Source of the DNA: Eledone cirrhosa
Taxonomy: Eukaryota
Assembly: GCA_964016885.1 (NCBI GenBank)
Contig: OZ024741.1
Span: 264,988,001-265,052,000, forward strand
Length of the DNA stretch: 64,000 nt
Direction of reading: 5' to 3'
Positions within the stretch are counted from its first letter, which is position 1, and every line of letters starts with the position of its first letter. Made by a program: the position numbers and the translations under genes. A model generated the notes under the pieces. The model saw only the letters and a list, made by a program, of their open reading frames with translations, was not told the DNA's origin and searched no databases. Positions 30,241 through 44,312 of the stretch are shown here, in pieces.

Positions 30241-30319
30241 CTGTTATTAGAGTTTTAGTCTTTATATGACATTTTTGGAAACATCATTACTAGTTTTAAG
30301 TTTAGCTCTAACTTTGCAA

Positions 30320-33300
30320 AGATATCAGTATATATATGTGAGATACCAGTATATATATATGGATGAGATATCAGTATATATATGTGAGATACCAGCATAT
30401 ATATATGTGGAAGAGATATCAGTATATATGTGAGATACCAGTATATATATATGGATGAGATATCAGTATATATATATGGAAGAGATATCAGTATATATAT
30501 GTGAGATACCAGTATATATATGTGGAAGAGATATCAGTATATATGTGAGAGATACCAGTATATATATGTGGATGAGATATCAGTATATATATGTGAGATA
30601 CCAGTATATATATGTGGAGGAGATATCAGTATATATATGTGAGAGATACCAGTATATATATGTGGATGAGATATCAGTATATATATATCTGAGATACCAG
30701 TATATATATGTGGAAGAGATATCAGTATATATATATGTGAGATACCAGTATATATATGTGGATGAGATATCAGTATATATATATGTGTGAGATACCAGTA
30801 TATATATATGGATGAGATATCAGTATATATATGTGAGAGATACCAGTATATATATGTGGAAGAGATATCAGTATATATATATATGTGAGATACCAGTATA
30901 TATATATGTGGAGGAGATATCAGTATATATATATGTGAGATACCAGTATATATAGGTGGAGGAGATATCAGTATATATGTGTGAGATACCAGTATATATA
31001 TATGTGGTAGAGATATCAGTATATATATATATGTGAGATACCAGTATATATATGTGGATGAGATATCAGTATATATATGTGAGATACCAGTATATATATA
31101 TGTGGAAGAGATATCAGTATATATGTGAGATACCAGTATATATATGTGGATGAGATATCAGTATATATATGTGAGATACAGGTATATATATGTGGAAGAG
31201 ATATCAGTATATATATATGTGAGATACCAGTATATATATGTGGATGAGATATCAGTATATATATATGTGAGATACCAGTATATATATGTGGAAGAGATAT
31301 CAGTATATATATGTGAGATACCAGTATATATATATGTGGAAGAGATATCAGTATATATATATGTGAGATACCAGTATATATATGTGGAAGAGATATCAGT
31401 ATATATATATGTGAGATACCAGTATATATATGTGGAAGAGATATCAGTATATATATGTGAGATACCAGTATATATATGTGGAAGAGATATCAGTATATAT
31501 ATATGTGAGATACCAGTATATATATGTGGAAGAGATATCAGTATATATATATGTGAGATACCAGTATATATATGTGGAAGAGATATCAGTATATATATGT
31601 GAGATACCAGTATATATATGTGGAAGAGATATCAGTATATATATGTGAGAGATACCAGTATATATATGTGGAAGAGATATCAGTATATATATGTGAGATA
31701 CTAGTATATATATGTGGAAGAGATATCAGTGTATATATATGTGAGATACCAGTGTATATATGTGGAAGAGATATCAGTATATATGTGAGATGCCAGTATA
31801 TATATGGATGAGATATCAGTATATATATGTGAGATACCGGTATATATATGTGGAAGAGATATCAGTATATATATATGTGAGATACCAGTATATATATGTG
31901 GAAGAGATATCAGTATATATATATATGTGATAAACCAGTATATATATGTGGATGAGATAGCAATATATATATATGTGAGATACCAGTATATATATGTGGA
32001 TGAGATATCAGTATATATATATGTGAGATACCAGTATATATATGTGGATGTGATATCAGTATATATATGTGAGATACCAGTATATATATGTGGAAGAGAT
32101 ATCAGTATATATATATGTGAGATACCAGTATATATATGTGGAAGAGATATCAGTATATATATGTGAGATACCAGTATATATATGTGGAAGAGATATCAGT
32201 ATATATATATATGTGAGATACCAGTATATATATATATGTGGAAGAGATATCAGTATATATATATGTGAGATACCAGTATATATATGTGGAAGAGATATCA
32301 GTATATATATATATGTGAGATACCAGTATATTTATATGGATGAGATATCAGTATATATATATATATATATGTGAGATACCAGTATATATATGTGGAAGAG
32401 ATATCAGTATATATATATGTGAGATACCAGTATATATATGTGGAAGAGATATCAGTATATATATGTGAGATACCAGTATATATATGTGGAGGAGATATCA
32501 GTATATATATGTGAGAGATACCAGTATATATATGTGGAAGAGATATCAGTATATATATGTGAGATACCAGTATATATATGTGGATGAGATATCAGTATAT
32601 ATATGTGAGATACCAGTATATATATATATGTGGAAGAGATATCAGTATATATGTGAGATACCAGTATATATATATGGATGAGATATCAGTATATATATGT
32701 GAGATACCGGTATATAAATGTGGAAGAGATATCAGTATATATATATGTGAGATACCAGTATATATATGTGGAAGAGATATCAGTATATATATATATATGT
32801 GATAAACCAGTATATATATATGTGGAAGAGATATCAGTATATATATATGTGAGATACCACTATATATATGTTGGAAGAGATATCAGTATATATATATGTG
32901 AGATACCAGTATATATATGTGGAAGAGATATCAGTATATATATATATATGTGATAAACCAGTATATATATATGTGGAAGAGATATCAGTATATATATATG
33001 TGAGATACCACTATATATATGTGGATGAGATATCAGTATAGATATATGTGAGATACCAGTATATATATGTGAGATACCAGTATATATAGGTGGAGGAGAT
33101 ATCAGTATATATATGTGAGATACCAGTATATATATGTGGAAGAGATATCAGTATATATATGTGAGATACCAGTATATATATGTGGAAGAGATATCAGTAT
33201 ATATATATGTGAGATACCAGTATATATATGTGGAAGAGATATCAGTATATATATATGTGAGATACCAGTATATATATGTGGAAGAGATATCAGTATATAT

Positions 33301-34325
33301 ATATGTGAGATACCAGTATATATATGTGGAAGAGATATCAGTATATATATATGTGAGATACCAGTATATATATATGGAATAGATATCAGTATATATATAT
33401 GTGAGATACCAGTATATATATGTGGAAGAGATATCAGTGTATATATGTGAGATACCAGTATATATATGTGGATGAGATATCAGTATATATATGTGAGATA
33501 CCAGTATATATATGTGGAAGAGATATCAGTGTATATATATGTGAGATACCAGTATATATATGTGGAAGAGATATCAGTGTATATATGTGAGATACCAGTA
33601 TATATATGTGGAAGAGATATCAGTATATATATATGTGAGATACCAGTATATATATATATATGTGGAAGAGATATCAGTGTATATATGTGAGATACCAGTG
33701 TATATATGTGGAAGAGATATCAGTATATATATGTGGAAGAGATATCAGTATATATATATGTGAGATACCAGTATATATATATGTGAGATACCAGTATATA
33801 TATATATGTGGAAGAGATATCAGTGTATATATGTAAGATACCAGTGTATATATGTGGAAGAGATATCAGTATATATATGTGGAAGAGATATCAGTATATA
33901 TATATGTGAGATACCAGTATATATATATATAAGATACCAGTATATATATATATGTGGAAGAGATATCAGTATATATATGTGAGAAATACCAGTATATATA
34001 TGTGGAAGAGATATCAGTATATATGTGAGATACCAGTATATATATGTGGGAGAGATATCAGTATATATATATATGTGTGATATACCAGTATATATATGTG
34101 GATGAGATATCAGTATATATATGTGAGATACCAGTATATATATATGTGGAAGAGATATCAGTATATATATATGTGTGAGATACCAGTATATATAGCTGAA
34201 GGAGATATCAGTATATATATGTGTGAGATACCAGTGTATATATGTGGAAAATATCAATATATATGTAGGAGATATCAGTATATATAGGTGTGAGATACCA
34301 ATATATAAAGGTGGAAGAGATATCA

Positions 34326-34381
<56 letters not shown>

Positions 34382-34425
34382 GACGTATCAGTATATATAT
34401 GGGACGTATCAGTATATATATGGGG
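30320..34425. repeat. About 4.1-kb compound minisatellite GAGATATCAG(TA)nTGTGAGATACCAG(TA)nTGTGGAA, about 45-50 bp unit
   Basis: Visible directly; source of the YVRYQYIYVEEISV pseudo-ORFs. Confidence 0.97.
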
Positions 34426-34628
34426 AAGGAGATAACAAGAATATATATTGACATGCAGTGAATGAAAGAAAGAAGACATGAACCATATAAGGCTTTGTTC
34501 CAGCACATCAAGAATGAAGGAATTAAAGAATGTTTGTTTTAAAGGTTATTTGACAGGTTTATATCATCATCTTGTTCGACTACTATTGTCAAACCTGCGT
34601 TGTAGCAGCTTACAAGCTAACATGCGTT

Positions 34629-34703
<75 letters not shown>

Positions 34704-34710
34704 CACGTAT

Positions 34711-34789
<79 letters not shown>

Positions 34790-34790
34790 A

Positions 34791-34972
34791 TATAGCAATG
34801 GCTTCTACAAGACTAGAACTGTTTCGGGAGAAATCATCTTCTGATGATTTCTCCCGAATGAAACAGTTCTAGTCGTGTAGAAGCCATTTCTATATTAACT
34901 ACTTATGCTCTATGTATTGAGTACCTTACTTCGAAGAGGGTGTTTAACTCCAACACGCTCCAGTATTTTAAT

Positions 34973-34975
<3 letters not shown>
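34791..34975 (+). mobile_element. PLE-type terminus with fold-back (34791-34894) and hammerhead core lacking stem I
   Basis: CTGATGA-T-TTC-TCCC-GAA-T-GAAA-CAGTTCTAG-TC at 34841-34874; upstream DNA is the inverted copy. Confidence 0.7.
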
Positions 34976-35035
<60 letters not shown>

Positions 35036-35164
35036 GTCCCTCTCTGCAAGCCCTATATTATATCGCCTTCGCAAATGTTTCACCTCCGTTAATTAGTATT
35101 CATTTAAACCGTATGTTATACAAATACCTTTTCCTGTGACCAATGAATGTATAATAACTATAAT

Positions 35165-35595
35165 TATTAGTTACTAGATTGTTTTGGTGGACACCGGATG
35201 CAAGGAAAGGTGTTGGCCGGCCGTATTTCACCTTGGTGTCAATGATCGAGGCTGACACGGGCTTCAAAGGAACGGATCTGTGTGCTGTAATTCTTCTTCT
35301 TCTTCTTCTTCTTCTTCTTCTTCTTCTTCTTCTTCTTCTTCTTCTTCTTCTTCTTCTTCTTCTTCTTCTTCTTCTTCTTCCTGAGAGGGTTGTGGGTGGG
35401 AGCAGAGTCCAGAATAACTCCTTCCAGCGGGGTCCCGCCAGAAGCAACCCTGTCTCCAACTGATCCGACTGGATTACTAAGCGAAACTAGTCAAGCTCAT
35501 GGACGTTATCCAACCATCTTGCTCGGGGTCCTTTCCTGGGTCTCCTGCTGAGAACTCTAGAGCTCAACATTTGTCAATGCCCCAACACTGCCTCA
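35165..35595. mobile_element. Two RTE-type 3' fragments meeting at a (CTT)n tract (plus strand about 35165-35290; minus strand about 35292-35595)
   Basis: Plus strand LFWWTP..RKGVGRPYFTLVSMIEADTG; minus strand RRPRKGPRARWLDNVHELD ending in (AAG)n. Confidence 0.6.
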
Positions 35596-35727
35596 AGAAG
35601 ACGAAGAGAAGATTGTTTTATGAAATTAACATTTTGTGCGGTGTTAAAAAAACATTTGTGTCCGCGTTCATTATGCTCACTGCTTATAGAGGGAACAACC
35701 CACCAACCAACGATAGCTATTTACAAT

Positions 35728-36870
35728 CTGGCTAATAGGAGAGCATGGAGGGCTTACGATCATAATGACGTGGGTTCGATTCCTTGGCTGGGTTGTGAGT
35801 TGCGATCTTGACCAAAACACTTCATTTCACGCTGTTCCAGTATACTCAGCTGAAAATGAGTACCAACAATATCTGAAGGTTTAACCCTGCGATGGACTGG
35901 TGTTCTGTCCGATATGAGAGAAGTCATGTACTCTCAGTCGCTTAACACCACGAACATCGGGATAAGCACCAGGTTGATGGGCCTCCGGGCTCGTGACAGA
36001 CTTTGGTCTTAATAAGAGATCCTCTATGTGGCCAATCAACTGTTAGAAATAGCAGTCAGATTTTCGTCAAATCATGCCGCATTGTTTTTAAAAGAGAAGG
36101 ATACACTGGATGTTAGGATAGTTATGGCCAGAAACCCATTGAAAACATGACTACTCGGTCAAAGCAAGGTAGACATGGGAGTAAATACTACTCTATTAAC
36201 ATGTCATAAGTTCAACATATCCATGTTCATTAGGCATCGGTGTTGGGACACAGACTGTTACCCCTATTGCCTTCCCTCATTCAACACTTTATTTATTTGG
36301 TTTGTTATATTTTATAATCATAATTGTTTCTACTTTTGGCACAAGACCAGCAATTTTCCCAGTGTATTACTGGTACTTTATTTTATCGACCTTGTAAGGA
36401 TGAAAGGCAAAGTTAACCTCGGCGGGATTTAAACTCAGAACGTAAAGGGCCGTAACTGTCTGTCACAGAGTATGGTGTCTGATGCTCTACCGATTACTGC
36501 CAATCCACCTCGATTCCAGGACTGGGTTGTGTGATGTGTTCTTGAGCAAAACACTTATTTCACGTTACTCCAGTATACTCAGCTGGAAATGAGTACCAGC
36601 AGTAGTAGCAGAGGGTTTTAACCCTGCGATGGACTGGTGTTCTGCCCAGGGGGATGTCTTGTACTTTCAGTTGCTTAACATTAAGGAATGAGCAAAACAC
36701 TTCATTTCACGTTGTCCCAGTATACTCAGCTGAAAATGAATACCAGCATTAGTTGGGGCTATAAACCTGCGATGGTCTGACATCCTGTCCATGGGAATGT
36801 CGTGTATTATCAGTTGCTAACGCTAAGGAAACATAGGCCTGATGAACGTCAAGGACTGAGACCAACTTTA
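35728..36870. mobile_element. SINE cluster: family B copies on + (about 35728-36010, 36510-36690, 36690-36870) and a family A copy on - (36325-36510)
   Basis: B box GGGTTCGATTCC; CTTGAGCAAAACACTT..CTCAGCTGAAAATGAGTACC..CCCTGCGATGGACTGG (V-SINE-like central motif, from memory). Confidence 0.8.
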
Positions 36871-37434
36871 GACATTTTAGATAACTTTTCCTTCTGTTAC
36901 TCATCAAATCAATCTCAATAAATTTCGAAATTCGTTTAGTCTAAGAGCTGTGACTAATTCTTCACAGATTAGAAAGATTAATGATGGGATACAGGTGGAA
37001 TTTCACATATGGGGGTGGTGATGCAGATCGAATTTCTGGGTATAACATTCTTCACTTATGACGTAATTTTAATTGACACATGTTTCACATTTAAAAATCC
37101 TACAATTTCAGATTTATAAATCTGCCCCCCCCCCCCCTCTCTTTCTCTTTCTCTCCTTTTCTCATGCTCGCTTTCACTTCCGTTTTTCCCCTCTCTCTCC
37201 CTCATACCTTCTCTCTCTATGTATGTATATATATATATATATTTTTTTTTTCCCCGTTCTTTCCACTTCCGACTATCTATCTTTCTATTTCGTCTTTTAT
37301 TTCTTATTCTATCTACTGATTAAGGACTAGCGTCTGAAACGTAAAGACGCTTTTACTACTACATCAAGCGTTAAATTAATAATATATTTCTTCATTTTAT
37401 AGTGTTGTTTGCTTTGTTGTTTCCCTTAAACTTT

Positions 37435-37478
<44 letters not shown>

Positions 37479-37479
<1 letters not shown>

Positions 37480-38089
37480 TAGCTGAATTACCCGCGCCTT
37501 GCTACATTTCACTCATTTTTTTTTTTTTTTTAAGAAATGATGATTGATTTTAAATCAGTGATATTTTATGGAGAAAAAATAAAGGGAAAATGTTAAAAAA
37601 GTAGAGGCATTAACTAATAATTTTTCTTGTCATAATTCTAGTGATGTTTTGCCATAGATAAAATGTCTATATTAGCCAAATTTTACTATAAAAGAGAGGT
37701 GCTTTTTGTTAAATATACGTTTAATTAATAGTAAAAACCCATGATAATAGAGGTTCCAATACTCAAGTTATGGGCTTCCAAAATTTTCACTATAGGGGGT
37801 TTAACCCCCATTAGGGTGTCTTAATATTATTGAAATTTGCTGAAATTTTGTGAATAGGCATCATATTTTGTCATTTACCTATGGTTTAAATTTCATATAA
37901 ATCAAAGGGAAAACATTTTCAGCGAGGGTTTTGTGCCCCCGGAGAACACTTTGATTAAAATGAAATATACTTATCCAAGTACCCTTATAGTTTCAGAATC
38001 TATATGGTTATGGGGAGTCTATCTCCAAAACCATAGGAGGAGTTCGTGAACAAACAAACAGACAGGAACTACAACTTTATGTATATAAA
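37479..38089 (-). mobile_element. Non-autonomous Helitron-like element, second family
   Basis: Minus strand 3' end ..GCAAGGCGCGGGTAATTCAGCTAG|T; 5' end A|TTTATATACATAAAGTTG..CTGTCTGTTTGTTTG; 5' TC and hairpin are degenerate. Confidence 0.6.
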
Positions 38090-38091
38090 TA

Positions 38092-38169
<78 letters not shown>

Positions 38170-38284
38170 CATATATACTCCTTTCTTTCACTATAAGCCT
38201 TGTTCACAAAAAAAAACAACACATGAGCAATGTGTGCATATATAATAGATCAAAAGATGGTAAAAGGGAAATATTGCATATATA

Positions 38285-38372
<88 letters not shown>

Positions 38373-38501
38373 TATTTATATATAGTATAATAAACCTTTC
38401 AAGGATTTACACCAGTCCAGCCTCCTGTTATTTTATTTCATTTATATATATATATATATAATTGTATATATATATATTCCTGGATATATATATATATATA
38501 T

Positions 38502-38548
<47 letters not shown>

Positions 38549-38550
<2 letters not shown>

Positions 38551-39485
38551 TTTCTTTATTAACCACAAGGGTTTACATAAAGTAGATATTAAGGACAGTG
38601 CAGGACAATACAGGACGGTACTAATGGGCATTTCTGCGTGTAAAAAAACAAAAACAGAGGATGTAACAAAAAATAACAATGAAAAATTCCCCAATAGGGG
38701 GGAGACTTCGGAGGGACATTTGTGGAGAAAGCCCAGTAAAAGGCCACAGTGACCCTGACCACCAAGGCAAGTGCCCTCTCCCAGTTTTCCACCTTTAATT
38801 TACATATACGTACTCCGAGTAGGCCCATTCACTCGGGCCATTATTGCTTCTCTCACCCATCTTTCAACAAAATGGTGGGAAGAGAGCATTTCCCTCTCTA
38901 CTCTAATTTTCCTTTTCAAATGAAATTTGAAAAAGTCAATCAGAGCATCACCGAAGAGGTAAGTGCTCGTCTTCAGCCCTTTCAAACGTGTCCACCATAC
39001 TATCTCTTTCGCCATGGCCACCAGACAGATAAAAACTGCCTGCCCTTCCCGGCTAAAGGAAGAGGGCGGGGCAATCCTCACGATGGACTCAGATGATAGC
39101 CGGATCCGTCCTACACGCGACAGCAGGTGTTCGACATAAACCCACAAGTCAGCAATTTTCGGACACTGGACGAGTGCGTGCAGGACGGTTTCGTCGCCCT
39201 GCGCGCATCTCGGACATGCCCGGCTGACGGCACCTCCATGCCTGTAGAGTTTATCCCGAACTGGCAAGGCTCCTCGGTAGCACTGCCAGGCCAGAGATTT
39301 CTGGAAGTTGTCCATAGGTCTCGGCCCGAAAGTTCTTCCGAAGAGATTGGCTAGTTGATTTTCGTCGACGCCTAGAGTTTCCCCAAGTACGTCGTCGCTC
39401 TTCTCCTCCACTAATCCTCTATAGAACGCCGAGGTGGAGTTTCCACCGATCACATTGCCCGATTGGTCGAGGGCTGTGAGCGCCC
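38549..39485 (-). mobile_element. L1/Tx1-clade LINE 3' fragment inserted in (AAT)n
   Basis: ORF 38800-39453 has AWQCYRGALPVRDKL..CPRCAQGDETVLHALVQC (zf-RVT-like CCHC); AATAAA before the (ATT)n tail; (AAT)n on both sides. Confidence 0.85.
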
Positions 39486-39519
39486 AATAATAATAATAAT
39501 AATAGTAATAATAATAATA

Positions 39520-40100
39520 ATAAATTTAAAGACTAAAATCCAAAGAGGGCTCGATAAGGATAAATATATATCAAATATATAAGAACCGTAGAGCAAATAT
39601 TTATTAAAATAACAGATTAAAGTTTAAGCAAAGAATCGCTGCTTTCACCCTTAACAGGATCTTCTGAAACTAACAAAGTCAATCTGTAAACGCAGAAGTG
39701 AATATTTAAAAAAACGTTGCAACCGGAGGGAGACAGGAAGACGATACTTTGGTTCGTGGAAACGTTCCCTGGCAAAGAACGGGAAAAAACGAATATAATA
39801 CGTCATTATTTGGAGCGGTGAAAAGCAATTACACGCAAAGACAGAACCACGTTTATGGTATAAAAGAAGTCGTAGACTAATATTCTCTTAGGTGGTTCTT
39901 AGAGACGTTCTCTGGCAATGAACGGAAAAAACGAAGATAATACGTCATATGTGGAGCGTGGAGAACAATTGCACGCAAAGACAAAACCACGTAAATGGTT
40001 TAACTGAAGTCGTAGACTAAAATTCTAATTAGGAGACCGAATGAATCTCCGCTACAGAGTTAAGAATAAAGTAAATACAATACAGAGGATTGAAATTAAA
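39520..40100 (-). mobile_element. Longest copy of the U4A-hammerhead repeat family, with an internal duplication of about 140 bp; motif at 39621-39671
   Basis: Shares GACTAAAATCCAAAGAGGGCTCGATAAGGAT..AAAATAACAGATTAAAGTTTAAGCAAAGAATCGC with copies at 15.1-15.4, 16.95-17.16, 60.0-60.2, 62.4-62.55 and 63.9-64.0 kb. Confidence 0.75.
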
Positions 40101-40186
40101 TAAATACATACACGCATCCAAATACGTACATACACAAGCATACGCGAAAACACTCACCATAGGTATACAAATACACGCACATATAA

Positions 40187-40227
<41 letters not shown>

Positions 40228-40389
40228 CAAATAATTAAATAAACGTATATAAATAAATAAATACGTATATAACAATCGCACACACATACCTACATGTAAA
40301 TACACAAATGTTCGGAGACGTACGTCAACCAAAATACGAAGTACGCATATACACACACCCTACATAGGTACGAACCCGCATAATAAATA

Positions 40390-40507
<118 letters not shown>

Positions 40508-40819
40508 CTGGATCAAGTATGTGCGTGTCAGAAACCCATTGTTCTCCCTTATTGCCCTCTAGCTACGGCTAATGTCAATTGTGATATCGTTTGAAGGACT
40601 CATTTAGGTACCGAAAATGATAATATTTAAAGAATTATTTATGACCCATCAAAAGATCATGTGATTAAACGGGGATTACCTCTGGTCTTTTCCGCCAAAA
40701 TTCCTTCTATATCCGTGCCATTTCTTGGTTAAATCTGATTATACTATTAATTCTATTAATCATTCTAATTACCATTGCAGTGGGTAAGTCAGTATCAGAT
40801 CATTCTTTGAGAACTACGT

Positions 40820-41142
40820 TTAGGTTTCTGATTTAGGCACAAAGCCAACCATTTTGAGGAAGAGAAAGTCGATTAAATCGACTTCAGTACGTCACTGATA
40901 CTTTATTTCATCGACTCCAGTGTATTACTGGTATTTATTTCATCGACCCCAGTGCGTTACTGATACTTATTTCATCGACCCCAGTGCGTTACTGGTATTT
41001 TTTTTTCGACCCCAGTGCGTTACTGGTACTTTATTTCATCGACCCCAGTGCATTACTGGTAGTTTATTTTATTGACCCCGTAAGGATGAAAGGCAAAGAT
41101 AACCTCGGTGGGATTTGAATTCAAAACCTAAAGGGCCGTAAT
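40820..41142 (-). mobile_element. Family-A SINE with an internal about 32-bp tandem expansion (about 6 copies)
   Basis: TCGACCCCAGTGCGTTACTGGTACTTTATTTCA repeated across 40878-41075. Confidence 0.85.
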
Positions 41143-41542
41143 TGTTACTGCTTCTACAGGATATTGGTAGTGGTTGCGGCTTTTTGAGTAAGGTGATAAA
41201 ATAGACCAGGAATGGATGCAGAACGCTGCTTAAGAAATATAGGGATTATGGTGGAGTCGGTGACGATAACTACATATTTGTAACTGTATACGCACACATA
41301 CATACACATATATATACTTAAATAAATATAGACAGATATACACACACATATGTGCTTACACCTACCTAGTCACACAGATACATACATACATACATACATA
41401 CATACATACATACATACATACATACATACATACATACACATATATATGCTTAAATAAATATAGACAGATACACAGACATATATACACATACCTACCTAGT
41501 CACACACACTCAAACACATACATACATACATACATACATACT

Positions 41543-41642
<100 letters not shown>

Positions 41643-41659
41643 GAGAGAGAGAGAGAGAG

Positions 41660-42254
41660 AGAGAAAATTGAGGTTGGTAATGGCACATGGAATATATAAG
41701 AGACAGAATACTTTTTTGTGAAAAAACATAATTTTATAAGGTAAGGAAATAATAAAGGGTATAAAAAATGACCGGTTTCGATGGGTCTGCAAAAGCCATC
41801 TTTTCAAATGTTGATTAATATTAAGAAAAATTAATAATACGAAGAGTTAAAATTTGAGACTTGAAAATTCAAGTATAAAATTCATTGTGGGATTTCATAG
41901 CAGTTTTCATCTAGGTAGCAACAACAGGTTGACTGCTGTGTCCCTTTCTGGTAGATTCACTACCAGAAAGGGACACAGCAGTCAACCTGTTGTTGCTACC
42001 TAGATGAAAACTGCTATGAAATCCCACAATGAATTTTATACTTGAATTTTCAAGTCTCAAATTTTAACTCTTCGTATTATTAATTTTTCTTAATATTAAT
42101 CAACATTTGAAAAGATGGCTTTTGCAGACCCATCGAAACCGGTCATTTTTTATACCCTTTATTATTTCCTTACCTTATAAAATTATGTTTTTTCACAAAA
42201 AAGTATTCTGTCTCTTATATATTCCATGTGCCATTACCAACCTCAATTTTCTCT
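41660..42254. repeat. Apparently perfect palindrome, 295-bp arms with a 5-nt loop (ATTCA, 41955-41959)
   Basis: AGAGAAAATTGAGG...CTGGTAG-attca-CTACCAG...CCTCAATTTTCTCT; coordinates are symmetric with no net indel. Confidence 0.95.
42101..42149 (+). ncRNA. Hammerhead-like motif with U3/A8 core; mirror copy on - at 41765-41813
   Basis: CAACAT-TTGAAAA-GATGG..CCATC-GAAA-CCGG-TC^ATTTT; stem I is weak. Confidence 0.5.
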
Positions 42255-42285
42255 ATAACCTTCGTTTTGTGTAGAAAATTACACT

Positions 42286-42322
<37 letters not shown>

Positions 42323-42405
42323 TGAGATATATATTTATCAGCAATAGACATCTCGGTTACGTTTATCATCATCCATGCAACATATTAGTTTTCATATCGT
42401 TCGTG

Positions 42406-42484
<79 letters not shown>

Positions 42485-42519
42485 GTGTGTACTTATGGAT
42501 GTGTACATGAGGATAGGAC

Positions 42520-42800
42520 TTGATTTAGGTGTAAAAGCCAAACTCGTTATCTTCAAATCGGTATTCGTACCAACCCTTACCTACGGTCATGAATCTTAAC
42601 CGAAAGAATACAATCACGAATACTAATGGCCGAAATGTGGTTCCTCTGAAGAGTCTTTGGAGTAAGGTTATTTGAAAGAGCCGCTACTTCTCCGAATTGA
42701 ACGATCCCAGCTCCGATATTTTGGGCTTGTGATTAGAATGTCTCAGGAAAGAATCGCTGGACGGATTTTACCGGCGAAACCAATTGGCATGAAATACATG
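42520..42800 (+). mobile_element. RTE-clade LINE fragment, same family as 18795-19293
   Basis: KAKLVIFKSVFVPTLTYGHES..; DNA similarity to 18820-19050. Confidence 0.8.
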
Positions 42801-43079
42801 TTCCCATTCTCTCCTTCGGCAAGATACTCAATATGATTGACTGACTTATCATTTTATCATGTACATCCGTGGTGGTTCTCTATCTCTCTCTCTCTGTATT
42901 GTATGTCTAATGTCATATATCTATATCTCTCACTATTGTGAGCAAATGGGAGCCGCTTACAAACTAATTTCAATTGCAAGGACATTTTAAGATACTCAAT
43001 ACCGTTTCGATCAATTCCATTTTTTAATTGAACGCAGGCAAAATAGATTAGCTTATGTACTGGATGTATTACGGACGAT

Positions 43080-43220
43080 AGGTTCTCACATATGGTTACC
43101 ATGAGGTGTTGAGTTTAATCCCCGTGAGTGGAATTTTGGGCACAGCTCTTTGCTATAGCTTCGTGTCGATCTATGCCTTGTAAGTGAAATTAGATAGATG
43201 GAAATAGTGCGGAAGTTCAC
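43080..43220 (+). mobile_element. Decayed SINE, family C
   Basis: GAGTTTAATCCC B-box remnant, then CTATAGCTTCGTGTCGATCTATGCCTTGTAAGTGAAAT..AGATGGAAA, resembling a common octopus SINE as recalled. Confidence 0.5.
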
Positions 43221-44053
43221 CCGATGAAGTGTACCTGTAATTTGGATGGATTGTTCCCGTTATTCAAAGAATGTACCTGTAATTCAAAGATTCAGCCTTG
43301 AGAATTACGTTAAGGGCACACGTGTCTGTGGAACACTGATATACTCACATACTTACACATTAAATCATGAATTAGATGTCCAACTTAATGCTCATCGTCG
43401 AGAACGATGGAAGATCAATAATCCTCCATTGTGGTTGTAGTAAGACGCCTCACGCTCCTTGATAGAACAACGCCGGTTGAGAACGCCAGAAAGAAAAGAC
43501 AGACAGCCACTGGAAAGCCGACTGATCACACGCCAGAAACCAGCCTCTGTACAACACCATTGTTTGTGCTACACCAAAAAATAAACGTATATTTCATCTC
43601 TAATTTCTGCTGTTATTATGTCACTCGTATCTCGATAACATCTACAACTGATACTGCTAAATGGTGAATTAAAATTACTTCGATTGACAAAGACCATGCA
43701 TACAATGAAAAAAATAACGATTGCATCATTGTTTAATAGCTAAGAAAACAGGAAACAAGGGAGATAACTATGATAATAACAACAAGGTATTGTTGAAGGA
43801 CGATGTAGATCAGAAAGATGGGTACATGGGTGTGTGTGGAGGGTGAGGATGCAGATATGATATTTATGAAACGATATTGGGGTAATCCTCTTTACAGATT
43901 TTTCTTTCTCACGCTCTCTCTATTTCTGACGCGCGCTCTCTCTCTCTCTCACTCTCTTTTATTCTCTCTTACTCGCTCTCTCTTATTCACTCTCTCTCTC
44001 ACTCTCTCACTCACTTTCTATCTCTGACTCTCATTCACTCAGATATCTGAACT

Positions 44054-44131
44054 TGTAGTAGTAGTAGTAGAGGTGGTGGTGGTGGTAGTACTAGTAGTAG
44101 TTGTAGTAGTAGTAGCAGCAGTGGCAGTAGT

Positions 44132-44166
<35 letters not shown>

Positions 44167-44175
44167 TAGTACTAC

Positions 44176-44220
<45 letters not shown>

Positions 44221-44278
44221 CAGCAGTAATAGCAGCAGCAGCAGCAATAGCAGCAGCAGCAGCAGCAGTAGCAGCAGC

Positions 44279-44312
<34 letters not shown>

